Position numbers and translations under genes: made by a program. From an uncultured Planctomycetaceae bacterium (GTDB lineage Bacteria > Planctomycetota > Planctomycetia > Planctomycetales > Planctomycetaceae), in contig CAWFGE010000015.1 in assembly GCA_963815195.1 (NCBI GenBank), positions 640,001 to 704,000 of the forward strand: a stretch of DNA of 64,000 nucleotides. The letters run 5' to 3'. The notes below the pieces were generated by a model, which was not told where the DNA came from, searched no databases, and was given only the letters and a program-made list of their open reading frames with translations. This document shows, one piece after another, positions 19,861 to 31,073 of the stretch. Position 1 is the stretch's first letter; every line of letters begins with the position of its first letter.

Positions 19861-22159
19861 CTAACGCGTTCCGGCCGCTGAATCCGGTTGGACCAAACCG
19901 GCTTGCAAAATCGCCTCCACCGTCCGGCGGGCGACCGGGCCGGCATTTTTGCCGCCAGAGCCGGCGTGCTCCAACACGATCGCAAACGCGTATTTCGGGC
20001 GGTCCGCGGGAACATAGCCCGCGAACCACGCATGATCGGGCTTCCCGCCGCCGACTTCCGCCGTTCCGGTTTTCCCCGCGATTTTAACCTCCGGCATCCG
20101 CACGGTTTTATATCCCGTGCCTTTGGGATGGGCGACGACCATCTCCAAGCCTTCCCGCACCCGCGCGAGCGTGCCTTCCGTCAAACCCGGAATCGGCCGC
20201 GGCTCGGGAATTGCAATCCGCGGGGTTTCTTCTCCCGCTGTCAGCCGCGCCGGGCCGAAACGTTCCACCAGATGCGGCGTGACGAGAAACCCGTCGTTCG
20301 CAACCGCCGCCATCACGCGGGCCATCTGCAAAGGCGTCACCGTCAGCCGGGATTGCCCAATCGCCAGGCCCAACGTATCCCCCGGATACCAGGTCGATGC
20401 GGACTTTTGAGATTCAAAAGCCGCCTGCACAATCGCGGCTTCCGTTGGCCCAGGACTTGGCGGCTGCGGCAGATGGCCCGTGGCTTCGCCGGGCAGATCG
20501 ATCCCCGTCTCCCGCCCGATGCCGAACCGCTCGGCCCATTCCACCAGCGGCCGCGGTCCGACTTTTCTCGCCCCTTGGAAGAAATACACATTGCACGACT
20601 CGCAGATCGCCCGGCTGAGATCGAGATCGCCGTGCCCCACGCCGTAATGGCTGTAAACATAACAGCGGTGCCGATCCGGGCGATCGAGAAAGCCCTGGCA
20701 GTGGCGGGTTGCGTCGGGATCGAACGTTCCGCTTTCCAGAAGCGCCACCGCGGTCACGGTCTTGAACACCGAACCCGGCGCGACCGCCATGCTCGTCGCC
20801 CGGTGAAACAACGGCCGGCGGGGATCGGATCGAATCGCGGCCCACTGCTCCGGCGTCGGATGCTGGAGTGCCTTGAGCGAAAACCGAGGCGACGACACCG
20901 CCGCGACGACCGCTCCCGTGCGGACATCCAAGACAATCAAACTCGCCCCGGCACTTGCCGGTCTGGGAGTGCTCGGGGTTTCGGGTTCCGGAACCGGTTC
21001 CGTCTCGGAGATTGGGATCCGGATTGGACGCCAGGTGCCGGTCGAGCATCTGCTCGAGCCGTTCTTGCAGGTTGGCGTGGAGCGTCAGCACCAGGTCGCC
21101 GCCGGCCCGCGGAGACCGCACCAGTTCCGTGCGGATGATCTCGCCCCGCCGATTCCTGACGACCCGGCGTCGGCCGCGGAGTCCGTGCAAGTGGTGGTCG
21201 TACATCCGCTCCAAGCCCATCCGCCCCCCGCGGTCGCCGACTTCGTATGCCGCCGGATCACGCCCCGAGAATCGAGCCTTTCGCTCCTGGGCTTCCTCGG
21301 TGGTCAAAGGCTTTCGCACGCCGATGAGATGCGCCGCCAATTGGTCCTCCGGATAATCCCTCCAGGAGAGGATGTCGATTTCAAGCCCCGGATAGAGTTC
21401 GGGATGCGATTCGATCTCCGCGACGGCGGACAGGGAAATCCCCGTGAGCAGCGGATGACAATCCTGCTCTTCCCTGATGACGAGCGGATCGCGAACCTGC
21501 CGGGCCGGCGGCGTGGTGATCGACTGCGAAAACAAATCCCACAACCGCCGCCACGCGGGTTGGCCCGTCCCCTCCTGCGAAATTGCGGAAGGCATCTCCC
21601 GTTGTCGGCGGCGTTTTTCCACCAAGGCGACGATGCCTTCCACCCGGCTTTGGATTTCCGTCCGTTCCTCTGCAAGCTCTCTGAGGGAACGCCCTGTGAG
21701 CTGGGCGAGGCGACTCCACATCGCTTCGCGATCTTTCAGAATCTGCCGCTTGACCTCGGCGATCCGCTCGGGGTTTCGCCATTCGTTCCGCGAAAGCCGC
21801 GCGAGAGCCTGGGCTTTGAGCCACGCGGAATCGGCCGGTTCTTCCAGCCAGCGGTAATGCACCTTGACCGTGAACTGCTGCCGATCTGTCGCGAGCACCC
21901 GCCCATCCGCGGACAACAGCCGCCCATCCCGGCTGGGCACGGATTCGTAACTCGCATAGGTTTGCTCGAACGGTTTCGCGAACCGCTCCGCCGTCGAGGT
22001 CTGCAAATAAGCGACGCGTCCGCCGATGATGACCAAAGGCAAAAGCATCAAGCCCGCAAGCCAGGTCAACCGCAGCGCCGGCCGCGCATCGGTTTCCCAA
22101 CGCCCGTCCCGCGTTTTGGGAGCCGACTCCGCGAACACATTCGTCAAACGATTCAACAT
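19861..22159 (-). CDS. mrdA: penicillin-binding protein 2 (class B transpeptidase), frameshift near 20945
   Basis: N-terminal TM and dimerisation domain; SxxK (GSVFK), SxN (SCN), KTG (GKTGT); follows mreD. Confidence 0.88.
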
Positions 22160-22193
22160 GCCAACGTTTCACGGCGAGGGTGTGATGACCGGA

Positions 22194-22262
22194 AGAGCCG
22201 CGCACGAAGTAAGCGGTCGGACGACATCTCGATTCAATCCCGCTGACTTCGTGCGCGGCTCT
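22194..22262. repeat. REP-like inverted repeat (second copy at 38448..38517)
   Basis: AGAGCCGCGCACGAAGTAAGCGG...CCGCTGACTTCGTGCGCGGCTCT. Confidence 0.8.
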
Positions 22263-22271
22263 CTTGACTTT

Positions 22272-22787
22272 TTAATACGATGAAACTGCCCGGCGGGATT
22301 GTCCTAACACGACTTTGCGGGCCAGGGTTTGCAATGCGCGAAACCCACCGACGACCAACGCCGTCATCGCCGCGGTGGAAGTGATCAGCAGTACGAGCCG
22401 GGCGTGATCGAATTGCCGGCCGGTGATCAACAGCCGCACGGTGTTGGAAACGGCGAGCGCGGCCAGGACGGTCGCAAATGTCAACAATGTCAGCCGCACG
22501 ACTCCCGGTGAAGCCGGCCGCCTGAGCCGATGCAGCAGAAAAAAAGCCGCCGCCGTGAAACACGCCATCTCCACGCCCAAGGGACCGGCGAAGAGGCAAT
22601 CGCTCACCGATCCCGCCACCGCCGCCCACACGAGGGCGGTCCAGTTCTCGAAGTACACCACGGCCGTGACCACCACGAGAAATAAAAAGTGCGGCCCGAT
22701 TCCCACACCCGCAAGCGACGGCGAACCCGCCCCCACAGCGAGCACCGCCGCCAGGTAAGTGAAAAGCACAAATCCCAATTGGTGCAT
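22272..22787 (-). CDS. mreD: rod shape-determining protein MreD-like membrane protein
   Basis: Polytopic hydrophobic protein (AAVAGSVSDCLFAGPLG) between mreC and pbp2. Confidence 0.75.
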   Translation of the reverse strand: MHQLGFVLFTYLAAVLAVGAGSPSLAGVGIGPHFLFLVVVTAVVYFENWTALVWAAVAGSVSDCLFAGPLGVEMACFTAAAFFLLHRLRRPASPGVVRLTLLTFATVLAALAVSNTVRLLITGRQFDHARLVLLITSTAAMTALVVGGFRALQTLARKVVLGQSRRAVSSY

Positions 22788-22811
22788 GGTTTTGTCTTTC
22801 AAACGAAAAAT

Positions 22812-22891
22812 GGCGAGCGTGGGGCGTCCGCCCCATGATGTTTGCGGTCTTTGAAAATCTCCCAATCATGGGGCGGGCGCCCACGTTCGCC
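22812..22891. repeat. REP-like doublet (related copies at 30858 and 40261..40389)
   Basis: GGCGAGCGTGGGGCGTCCGCCCCATGAT...ATCATGGGGCGGGCGCCCACGTTCGCC. Confidence 0.8.
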
Positions 22892-22897
22892 GGGGCT

Positions 22898-23894
22898 CTA
22901 ATTCGTCAAAGTGCGCGAGAGGCCCAGTTGGGTCCGCAGCACGGTGACGGTGGGGGCCTCCAAGCTTTTGACGGCCGGTTCCACGCGGATGTCCCATTCC
23001 TGATCGCCGGGATTCAACTCCGCCCGCACCACCCGGCCGTAGTACATCGGATAAACCTGCGTGCCCGTCTGATCGCCGGTGTAAACCTCGTCGCCCACTT
23101 CCACCGGCTCGGTCGCGGGAACGTACCGCAATCGGCAGAGTTTTTCGCCTCGGCCTTCCAACACGCCCTCGGCTCCGAATACAAACCCGTCGTCTGTCCG
23201 CCGAACAAGCTGGGCCAACCCGCGATAGTTTTCATCCGTGATTTTTTGAATCGTGCTCACCGATCGCCCGACCTCGGCCAACCGCCCGACCACGCACCGC
23301 CCGGAATACACCGGGTGTCCTTGAGCCAACTTCGCCTCTTGCCCCTGATCGATCAAAGGCATTCGGCTTTCCAGAACCAGATCGCGATCGGCCAAACCGT
23401 CGGCCGCGCCGCGGTTCACGATCCGCTCGCCTTGCCAGAGAGGACCGGTTCCGCGGTTCAAGACCGCCGCTTCCAGAAGCTCCACTTCGACAAGCGGCCG
23501 GCCGGGTCGCACGGGATAAGGGCTCGGCCCCGTCTCCGCCAGTTGTTCGAGCTTTCGATGGAGGCCCGGCATTGTCGATTTCCAATTGGCGACAGTGCGC
23601 TTGCGAGGTCGCCAACTCCGCCGCGAGCCGCCGGGCTTCGCCGGCCCTGTCATCCTTCTGAATCGAAGGCCACTCCAAGGACCACCCGGCCGTCAACTCC
23701 CGAACGCGAGATTGGGTTTGATGCAGACCTTCCAAGCCCGGCCCGAGCGCATCGAGAAGATGTGTCCGCAGCGCCTGGACCTGGGCGGACGGAACAAACG
23801 CCAGGCCGATCGCCACGCCGCCCAACAGCAGCGCCACGCGGAAATGGGAACTCGGCAAGGAAGACTTCATCATCGGGTTATGGGGAGGTTTCAA
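22898..23894 (-). CDS. mreC: rod shape-determining protein MreC, frameshift near 23570
   Basis: N-terminal TM and coiled coil; VNRGAADG, VVGRLAEVG, VEVGDEVYT, YGRVV; overlaps the mreB stop. Confidence 0.85.
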
Positions 23895-24940
23895 AGATCA
23901 TGATCGCCCGCGTCCAGGCTGTCGCGCCACTGCGAGAGGTGTTCCAGACAGATCGCGGTGCCTCGGGCGACGGTGGTCAGCGGATCGTCCGCGACGCGCA
24001 CCGGAATGCCAAGTTGCTCTTCCATCAAGAGGTCGAGATTCCGCAACAGCGCCCCGCCGCCGGTGAGCACCAGGCCGTTGTCCGCGAGGTCGGCGACGAG
24101 TTCGGGCTGGCAGTTTTCGATCGTGCTTTTGACGCAGTTGAGGATCGCTTCCAAGGGGCCATGCAGCGATTCGCGGATTTCTTCGCTGGTGATGATCGCC
24201 TTCCGCGGGATGCCGCTGATCGTGTCCAACCCGCTGACCTCGGCCGTCAGTTCTTGTTCCAACGGGTAAGCGCTTCCGATCTGGATTTTCAGATGCTCCG
24301 CCGTCTGCTCGCCGATGCGGAGCGAGAAATGCTGCTTCAGATATTCGACGATCGCTTCGTCCAACTCATCGCCCGCGACGCGGATCGAGCGGCTGACGGC
24401 GATGTCGGCGAGGCTCAAAATCGCCACCTCCGTCGTGCCGCCGCCGATGTCGCAGACCATGCTCGCCATCGGCTCGGAAATGGGCAAGCCCGCCCCGATG
24501 CTCGCGGCTTTCGATTCGTTGATCAGCCAGACCCGCCCGGCTCCCGCGCGCTCGGCACTGTTGAAGACGGCCCGTTTTTCCACCGGCGTAATCCCGCCCG
24601 GAACCGCGATGATCACCCGCGGCCTCAAACCCCGGCTGTTCCGGCGGGCCTTCTTGATGAAATACCTGAGCATCGCCTCGCACAGTTCAAAATCGGTGAT
24701 CACGCCGTCTTTGAGCGGCCGGACCGCGGTGATGGAATCGGGCGTCCGGCCCAGCATCTGCTTAGCCAGCTTGCCGACGGCAGTGCCCTTTCCGAGCACC
24801 CGCCTTGTGCCCTTTTGGAGGGCGACTACGGATGGTTCATCCAACCGCACGCCTTCGCCGTAACTGGCGACGAGGGTGTTCGCGGTCCCCAGATCGATCG
24901 CCAGATCGGGGCAAATCCATTGTCTGAGCCGCTTGAGCAT
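23891..24940 (-). CDS. mreB: rod shape-determining protein MreB
   Basis: DLAIDLGTANT, RPLKDGVITDF, DIGGGTTEVA, LTGGGALL. Confidence 0.97.
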   Translation of the reverse strand: MLKRLRQWICPDLAIDLGTANTLVASYGEGVRLDEPSVVALQKGTRRVLGKGTAVGKLAKQMLGRTPDSITAVRPLKDGVITDFELCEAMLRYFIKKARRNSRGLRPRVIIAVPGGITPVEKRAVFNSAERAGAGRVWLINESKAASIGAGLPISEPMASMVCDIGGGTTEVAILSLADIAVSRSIRVAGDELDEAIVEYLKQHFSLRIGEQTAEHLKIQIGSAYPLEQELTAEVSGLDTISGIPRKAIITSEEIRESLHGPLEAILNCVKSTIENCQPELVADLADNGLVLTGGGALLRNLDLLMEEQLGIPVRVADDPLTTVARGTAICLEHLSQWRDSLDAGDHDL

Positions 24941-25116
24941 CCGTGCTCTGCCAAAGAGGAAACACAATCCGAGCGCAGTTCATCCCCGCACCCGGCGAAG
25001 ACCGCGTGTTGTACTTGGGATGTGCATTTTCCGCAAGATGATCTTGAAGGAAGGGGCAAAGGCCACAGAGGCCCCACAGGAGCAAAGGGGAAAGAGTGGC
25101 CGCGCATTCCGGCTTT

Positions 25117-25148
25117 TCTTAATCTTAATCTTAATCTTAATCTTAATC
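25117..25148. repeat. hexanucleotide tandem repeat (TCTTAA)x5
   Basis: TCTTAATCTTAATCTTAATCTTAATCTTAATC, upstream of mreB. Confidence 0.9.
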
Positions 25149-25381
25149 CCTTCCCCGCGTGCCCAAGCTCCGCTAGCTCCGCTTGGGAACGGAAAAACCG
25201 CGGACGCCTTGAGTGTCAGGCCGGGGCCACCTGTCTCGCAAGAAAAAGCGTGACAACAAAGCAGCCGAGGGCTACAATTCGGCTTAGACCAATTGATTGA
25301 CCGAGTGTTAGGCTGCAAACTTGCAGTCTACAGGTAACACGCTGACCATTCTTAAACGAAGTTCGGGCCTGTACGAATGGC

Positions 25382-25906
25382 TTGGCAACAATGCGAATCA
25401 CGACGTTTGATCTTGACGAACACCAGCCGTGTGCCATTGACGTGGCGCTTCGGCGTCTGGCGGCATCTGCCGAGCCATTGAAAGCTGCTTCTTGGCAGAA
25501 GCTCTTGGATTTGGTCGCCTACCTTCAGTCGGGTGCCTCTGAAAGTGAACTTCGGGGCCAGATAGTGCGCCACGAATTGTTGTTGTTTAAACCGGAGCCT
25601 CCCGACCCAATCCGGGATATGCAAATGAAGAGGTTCATGAAGGAGTGGCGTGCGCTGAATCCGGATTCGGCCATGTGGGGTGATCGTCGTTTCAGGCGTG
25701 AGATGATGCGGCGATTCCCAACCAAACCCGAAGTTCGCGTTTCCGTGCGGATCGATTGGCGAGACCATGCGCCGCTTCAAGACGGCCTTCCAGAAATGCA
25801 CTACAGGTTTCAAATCACGCGTCGTGGAAAGACCCTCACCGAAGATGCCCGCGTGAAAGATGTCGTTGAGGCAGCGCGTATCGTCTGCGAGGCATTTGGT
25901 TTGTAG
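25382..25906 (+). CDS. hypothetical protein in a visibly lower-GC patch
   Basis: 174-aa ORF with more T/A-ending codons than its neighbours; start uncertain (25382 or 25391). Confidence 0.65.
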   Translation: MATMRITTFDLDEHQPCAIDVALRRLAASAEPLKAASWQKLLDLVAYLQSGASESELRGQIVRHELLLFKPEPPDPIRDMQMKRFMKEWRALNPDSAMWGDRRFRREMMRRFPTKPEVRVSVRIDWRDHAPLQDGLPEMHYRFQITRRGKTLTEDARVKDVVEAARIVCEAFGL

Positions 25907-26175
25907 AAAGCTGCGAAGCTTGGCCCGAACCAGCAAGTCGAGTGGGCACTCCCCACCAATGATTCCACGACCCATTTTGCTGGGCGATGCCCACACGACT
26001 TCACTGATCTGGATGGATGGACGGTTGTTGTGATGGATTCCAAAAATGGCGCAGACACACGCGTGTAACGACGACCCGGCATTGTCGCTTGAACTCTGTT
26101 TGATGTCATCGCATGATGGCTGTCGTCTTTTGTGTTGCTCTCTTCCGCGATTCGGTTCTCTGGGATTCTCACCTT

Positions 26176-28065
26176 ATGACTTCGATCAAACCTGTGACTT
26201 GTGCGCTGTGGGCGTGTGTGTTGGCGATGGTTCCTTCGGGAATGGTCCGCGGTCAGGGCGTGGATCACATCAAAGCGCACTACACCAAGTACGAATACCG
26301 GATTCCCATGCGGGACGGGAAACGGCTCTTCACGGCGGTGTATGTGCCCAAGGACGATTCGCAAAAGTATCCCATGATGCTGCACCGCACGCCCTACAGC
26401 GTTCGGCCGTACGGGGCGGATCATTATCCTTCCAGCCTCGGCCCGTCCGACTTGTTCGCGAAAGAAGGTTACATCTTCGTGTACCAGGACGTGCGCGGCC
26501 GCTGGATGTCGGAGGGCGAGTTTGTGCAAATGCGGCCGCACGTGACGCAGAAGCCCTCCAAAACCGATATCGATGAAAGCACCGACACTTGGGACACCGT
26601 GGATTGGCTCGTCCAACACGTCGCCGGCCACAACGGGCGGGCGGGCATCTCCGGGATTTCCTATCCGGGGTTTTACACGGCAGCGGGGATTATCGACTCG
26701 CACCCGGCGATCAAAGCCGCGTCCCCGCAAGCTCCGGTCAACGATTGGTTCGCCGGCGACGACTGGCATCATAACGGGGCCTTCTTCATGGCCCACATGT
26801 TCAACTGGATGTCCCGCAGCGGCCGGCATCGCCCCGAACCCACCAAAGACTACCGCCGAAACACCTTCGACTACGGCACGCCCGACGGCTTCGAATTCTA
26901 CCGCCGGATCGAAACGCTCTCCGAAATCGACGAGAAATACCTCAAAGGCGATGTGCCGTTCTGGCAGGCGACCATGAAGCACGGCAGCTACGATGACTTC
27001 TGGAAGTCGCGAAATATCCGGCCGCATCTCAACAACGTCAAACCCGCCGTGATGACCGTGGGCGGCTGGTTTGATGCGGAGAATCTGTTCGGGGCCCTGG
27101 AAACCTACAAGTCCATCGAGGCCCGCAATCCCGAGACGATCAACACACTGGTCATGGGACCCTGGCGGCACGGCGGCTGGTCGCGGAGCGACGGGGCTTC
27201 CTTCGGCGACATTCCCTTCAACTCCAAAACCGCTGAATTTTACCGCGAGAAGATCGAGTTTCCCTTCTTTCAAAAACACCTGAAGGATAAAGGCGACGCG
27301 AAGCACCCCGAGGCCTGGGTGTTCGAGACCGGCACGAACCAATGGCGAAAGTACGAAAACTGGCCGCCTGCGAACGCTCAACCCAAGTCGATGTTCTTTC
27401 GCGCCGGCGAGCGGCTTTCATTCAACCCGCCGACTGACGATGGCTCGGACGCTCATGATGAATACGTCAGCAACCCGAATAAACCGGTGCCTTATATGAA
27501 TGAAATCGTGGAAGGCATGAAGGCCGAGTACATGATCGCCGACCAACGCTTCGCCAGCCGCCGGCCCGATGTGCTGGTGTATCAGACGGGCGAACTTGAG
27601 GAAGATGTCACGATCACGGGCCCGGTCGAGGTCGATCTGATCGTCTCCACGTCGGGCACGGACAGCGATTGGGTCGTCAAGCTGATCGATGTTTATCCCG
27701 ACGATTACCCCGATCCCCAGCCCAATCCGAAAGAAGTCCGCATGGGCGGCTACCAGCAGCTCGTGCGGGGCGATGTGATGCGCGGGAAGTTTCGCAAGAG
27801 CTTTGAAAAGCCCGAACCCTTCGAGCCGAGCCAGCCCACGCGGGTCAAATTCACGATGCCCGATACTTACCACTGTTTCCGCTCGGGGCATCGCATCATG
27901 GTGCAGGTGCAAAGCACGTGGTTCCCGCTGGTGGACCGCAACCCGCAAACGTTCTGCGACATCTTCCAGGCGAAAGCCTCCGATTACCAATCGGCGACGC
28001 AGCGGGTGTTCCGCTCGCCCGATGCCGCGTCCCGGTTGAACATCCGGGTGCTCCCCCGAAAATGA
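26176..28065 (+). CDS. CocE/NonD family hydrolase (alpha-amino acid ester hydrolase/glutaryl-7-ACA acylase-like, S15)
   Basis: IPMRDGKRLF, RTPY, QDVRGRWMSEG, GISYPG nucleophile, MGPWRHG. Confidence 0.93.
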   Translation: MTSIKPVTCALWACVLAMVPSGMVRGQGVDHIKAHYTKYEYRIPMRDGKRLFTAVYVPKDDSQKYPMMLHRTPYSVRPYGADHYPSSLGPSDLFAKEGYIFVYQDVRGRWMSEGEFVQMRPHVTQKPSKTDIDESTDTWDTVDWLVQHVAGHNGRAGISGISYPGFYTAAGIIDSHPAIKAASPQAPVNDWFAGDDWHHNGAFFMAHMFNWMSRSGRHRPEPTKDYRRNTFDYGTPDGFEFYRRIETLSEIDEKYLKGDVPFWQATMKHGSYDDFWKSRNIRPHLNNVKPAVMTVGGWFDAENLFGALETYKSIEARNPETINTLVMGPWRHGGWSRSDGASFGDIPFNSKTAEFYREKIEFPFFQKHLKDKGDAKHPEAWVFETGTNQWRKYENWPPANAQPKSMFFRAGERLSFNPPTDDGSDAHDEYVSNPNKPVPYMNEIVEGMKAEYMIADQRFASRRPDVLVYQTGELEEDVTITGPVEVDLIVSTSGTDSDWVVKLIDVYPDDYPDPQPNPKEVRMGGYQQLVRGDVMRGKFRKSFEKPEPFEPSQPTRVKFTMPDTYHCFRSGHRIMVQVQSTWFPLVDRNPQTFCDIFQAKASDYQSATQRVFRSPDAASRLNIRVLPRK

Positions 28066-28077
28066 AGCGGCGTCTCG

Positions 28078-28563
28078 TCAGGTTTTCGCCGCGTAGAGTT
28101 CCGCGTATTCGAGCACGCGCTGGTCGATCATCGCCCGCAGGGAATCCACATCGGCTTCCGCCAGGAATTGGAACTGGGAATTGCTGACGGCTTCCTTGTT
28201 GTGAATCGTGCCCTTGGCGACGAGCTCGACGATGTGGGTCGAGCTGAAGGGGCGGATCAAGAGTTCAAACCGGCTGAAAAGATTTCCCGTGGCCCGGTGG
28301 CGGCCCAGGTTCACGTCGTCGCGGGAGACTTTCGCTCCCCAGCCGTCTTCGCTGATCACCGTTTGATACTGAAAACCGGGGAAATGGTCGGCCAGTTTTC
28401 TCAAGCAGCTTTCGATGTGCTCCGACAACTCCAGGCGGTACTGCGAGTGCAGGTTTTTGAGATCCTCTTCGCTGAGGGCGCGTTCCGCCTGCTCGCGAAC
28501 CTTGAAATCGCGGGTTTTCTCCCCGCGGATGATGGCTTTTTGCAAACGCTGGTCAAAGTCCAT
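28078..28563 (-). CDS. hypothetical protein
   Basis: 161-aa ORF with genome-like codon usage; MDFDQRLQKAIIRG start. Confidence 0.75.
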   Translation of the reverse strand: MDFDQRLQKAIIRGEKTRDFKVREQAERALSEEDLKNLHSQYRLELSEHIESCLRKLADHFPGFQYQTVISEDGWGAKVSRDDVNLGRHRATGNLFSRFELLIRPFSSTHIVELVAKGTIHNKEAVSNSQFQFLAEADVDSLRAMIDQRVLEYAELYAAKT

Positions 28564-28669
28564 AGCCGAGGCCTAAACCGAATGTTGGCGAGAAATTGTT
28601 AAAACACCGCTCCCATTTGGCATTTTATGCCTGCGGAGATTGCCGTGCAACGCAGGGTTCGCCGGGGGC

Positions 28670-29212
28670 TCAGCGGAAACCGCGGCGGCGCTGGGAGCTG
28701 TAGCGTTCGAGAGCCTCTTCGATCACGGGCAAGGCGTGCTCCGCCGGCTGGAACTCGTCCACTTCCACCGTCTTGCCTTCGAGCTGCTTGTAATCCTGGA
28801 AAAACCGCCGGAGCGTGGCCAGCCGATGCTGCGGCAGGTCCCGCGTATCGTGGAGGGTGTTGTACTCCGGATCGTGGACGGCGACGGCGAGAATTTTGTG
28901 GTCCTTCTTGCCGCTGTCGATCATCGTCATCAGCCCGATTGCCCGCGCTTCCACCAAAGTCAGCGGGGCGACGGCTTCCTGGCAGAGCACGACGACATCG
29001 AGCGGATCGCCGTCCTCGGCGAGCGTCTGCGGAATAAACCCGTAACTCGCCGGGTAATACACGGCCGAATACAAAATCCGGTCGAGCCGCAGGAGGCCGG
29101 TCTCCTTGTCCAATTCGTACTTCACGTTGGAGCCGCTGGGAATCTCGATCACACTGGTGAAAACCCGCGGAGCGTCCTCCCCGGGAGTCACATCGTGCCA
29201 GGCGTGGGTCAT
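28670..29212 (-). CDS. ppa: inorganic pyrophosphatase (family I)
   Basis: [43 protein letters not shown]. Confidence 0.96.
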   Translation of the reverse strand: MTHAWHDVTPGEDAPRVFTSVIEIPSGSNVKYELDKETGLLRLDRILYSAVYYPASYGFIPQTLAEDGDPLDVVVLCQEAVAPLTLVEARAIGLMTMIDSGKKDHKILAVAVHDPEYNTLHDTRDLPQHRLATLRRFFQDYKQLEGKTVEVDEFQPAEHALPVIEEALERYSSQRRRGFR

Positions 29213-29451
29213 GGGTTTTAGTCGCGGATTGAAACGGAGAAAAGAAAAGCCGGCGTTTTTTGGCGAAGTCAAAAGCAAAACGGCGGCGCGGAGCGTCTGG
29301 ACTGAAACGTAGTCCGCCCGGCCGAATTCCACAACCCCACAGGCGGCACGCCAAAAACTTCCAAATTCCCGTCCATTTGCGATTCCGACTCGGTCCGTTT
29401 ATGGTGGAGAGGTTGATTGGATCGTTCACAACTTCTCTGAGGGCTGCTTAG

Positions 29452-30846
29452 ATGGCCGGTCGCGTTCTTTTGCTGTGTGCGTTGGTGCTGGGTTCGGCTT
29501 GGTCTTCACCGGCGTGGGCGGCGAAGCGGCCGAACGTGCTGTTCTTGTTCGCGGATGACCAGCGGCCCGACACGATCGCCGCCTTGGGAAACCCCGTCAT
29601 CAAAACGCCCAACTTGGACCAACTTGCGAAGCGGGGGTTCGTGTTCAAGAACGCCTACTGCATGGGATCCACGGTGGGGGCGGTGTGCAATCCGTCCCGG
29701 CACATGATGCACAGCGGCATGGGACTGTTTCATTACGATCCCAAGAAGAAGGAAAACACCTGGGGCGATGTATTCCGCAAAGCCGGTTATACGACCTATC
29801 ACGAATCCAAGCGAGGCAACACCGCCCGCGAGTATCACAAAGCCTTCGAATACAGCAGCTATCTGGACGACATGAAAGAACGCCGATCCGGGCATCACGG
29901 GCGGACCGCGGCGAACCATGCGGTCGAGTTTCTGAACAAGACCTGGGACCGCGAGAAGCCGTTGTTCATGTACATTGGCTTTGCCGGCCCGCACGATCCC
30001 CGTGTCGCCGCCGACGAATGGATGAAGCTCTACGAGCGCGACAAAATCCCGCTGCCGGCGAACTATAGGCCCTTTCATCCGATCGACAACGGCTGGATGA
30101 CGGGCCGGGACGAGAAACTCGCCCCCTGGCCGCGGACTGAAGCCGTCGTCCGCAAGCATCTCCACGATTACTACGCGTGCATCTCTTCGATCGATCACAA
30201 CATCGGCCGCATCATCGAGACGTTCCAAGACCTGGGCGAACTCGACAATACCTATGTGATCTTCAGTGCCGACCACGGCCTGGCGGTGGGGAGTCACGGG
30301 TTGTTCGGCAAACAGAACCTCTACGAGCACTCCATGCGGTCGCCGATGATCTTCGCGGGGCCGGGCCTCAAAGCGGGGCGGTCGGAGGCGCTGATGTACC
30401 TGTTCGACATCTTCCCCACGGCGTGTGATCTCGCGGGATTGAAAGTTCCCGAAGGCCTGGATGGAAAAAGCGTCGCCCCGGTGATTCGCGGCGAAAAGTC
30501 CGCGCATCGCGAAACGATCTTTCTCGCTTTTGAAAAAGGCCAGCGGGCGGTGCGAAAGGGCGATTGGAAGTTGTACCGCTTTCCGCTGGTGAATTATTCG
30601 ATGCTCTTCAATCTGGCCGACGATCCGAACGAACTCCACAATCTCGCCGGCGATCCCCAATACGCGGGTCGGGTGGCCGAGATGATGGAGATCCTGGCCC
30701 GCGAGCAGAAATATTGGGACGATCCCCACCCGCACACGGTGAAAAATCCAAGCCCCGCCAAGATCGAGGATGCGTCGTTTTTCTCAAAAGCGGAGAACCA
30801 GGTGCAAAAGGGCAAACGCGGGGCAAGGGGCAATAAATCCCAATGA
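29452..30846 (+). CDS. sulfatase (formylglycine-dependent)
   Basis: PNVLFLFADDQ, CNPSR (CxPxR), SADHG, GKQNLYEHS. Confidence 0.94.
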   Translation: MAGRVLLLCALVLGSAWSSPAWAAKRPNVLFLFADDQRPDTIAALGNPVIKTPNLDQLAKRGFVFKNAYCMGSTVGAVCNPSRHMMHSGMGLFHYDPKKKENTWGDVFRKAGYTTYHESKRGNTAREYHKAFEYSSYLDDMKERRSGHHGRTAANHAVEFLNKTWDREKPLFMYIGFAGPHDPRVAADEWMKLYERDKIPLPANYRPFHPIDNGWMTGRDEKLAPWPRTEAVVRKHLHDYYACISSIDHNIGRIIETFQDLGELDNTYVIFSADHGLAVGSHGLFGKQNLYEHSMRSPMIFAGPGLKAGRSEALMYLFDIFPTACDLAGLKVPEGLDGKSVAPVIRGEKSAHRETIFLAFEKGQRAVRKGDWKLYRFPLVNYSMLFNLADDPNELHNLAGDPQYAGRVAEMMEILAREQKYWDDPHPHTVKNPSPAKIEDASFFSKAENQVQKGKRGARGNKSQ

Positions 30847-31073
30847 CCCGTGAAGACGGCGAGCGTGGGGCGTCGGCCCCATGTTTTCGCAGACCGTGTC
30901 GGCTAATTTTTTCAACCCAAAGTTTTTGCTCTGACAGAGCGCTCGCGCCGACCGCTCGGATTCTCATATACGATCAGCGCAAAAAAACACACCCGGTCAC
31001 AAGGGATTGTAACCAGGCGGTTGGCTCTTAGAGAATCCGAAATCCGCATCTCGAAAACCCGAAGCGGACTTCT

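Noticed and set aside
19861..23894. pbp2 and mreC as true pseudogenes
   Set aside because: Single indels with intact motifs, matching a window-wide error pattern
22835..25300. 821-aa plus-strand ORF
   Set aside because: Antisense to mreC/mreB; its NLNLNL run is only the hexamer repeat
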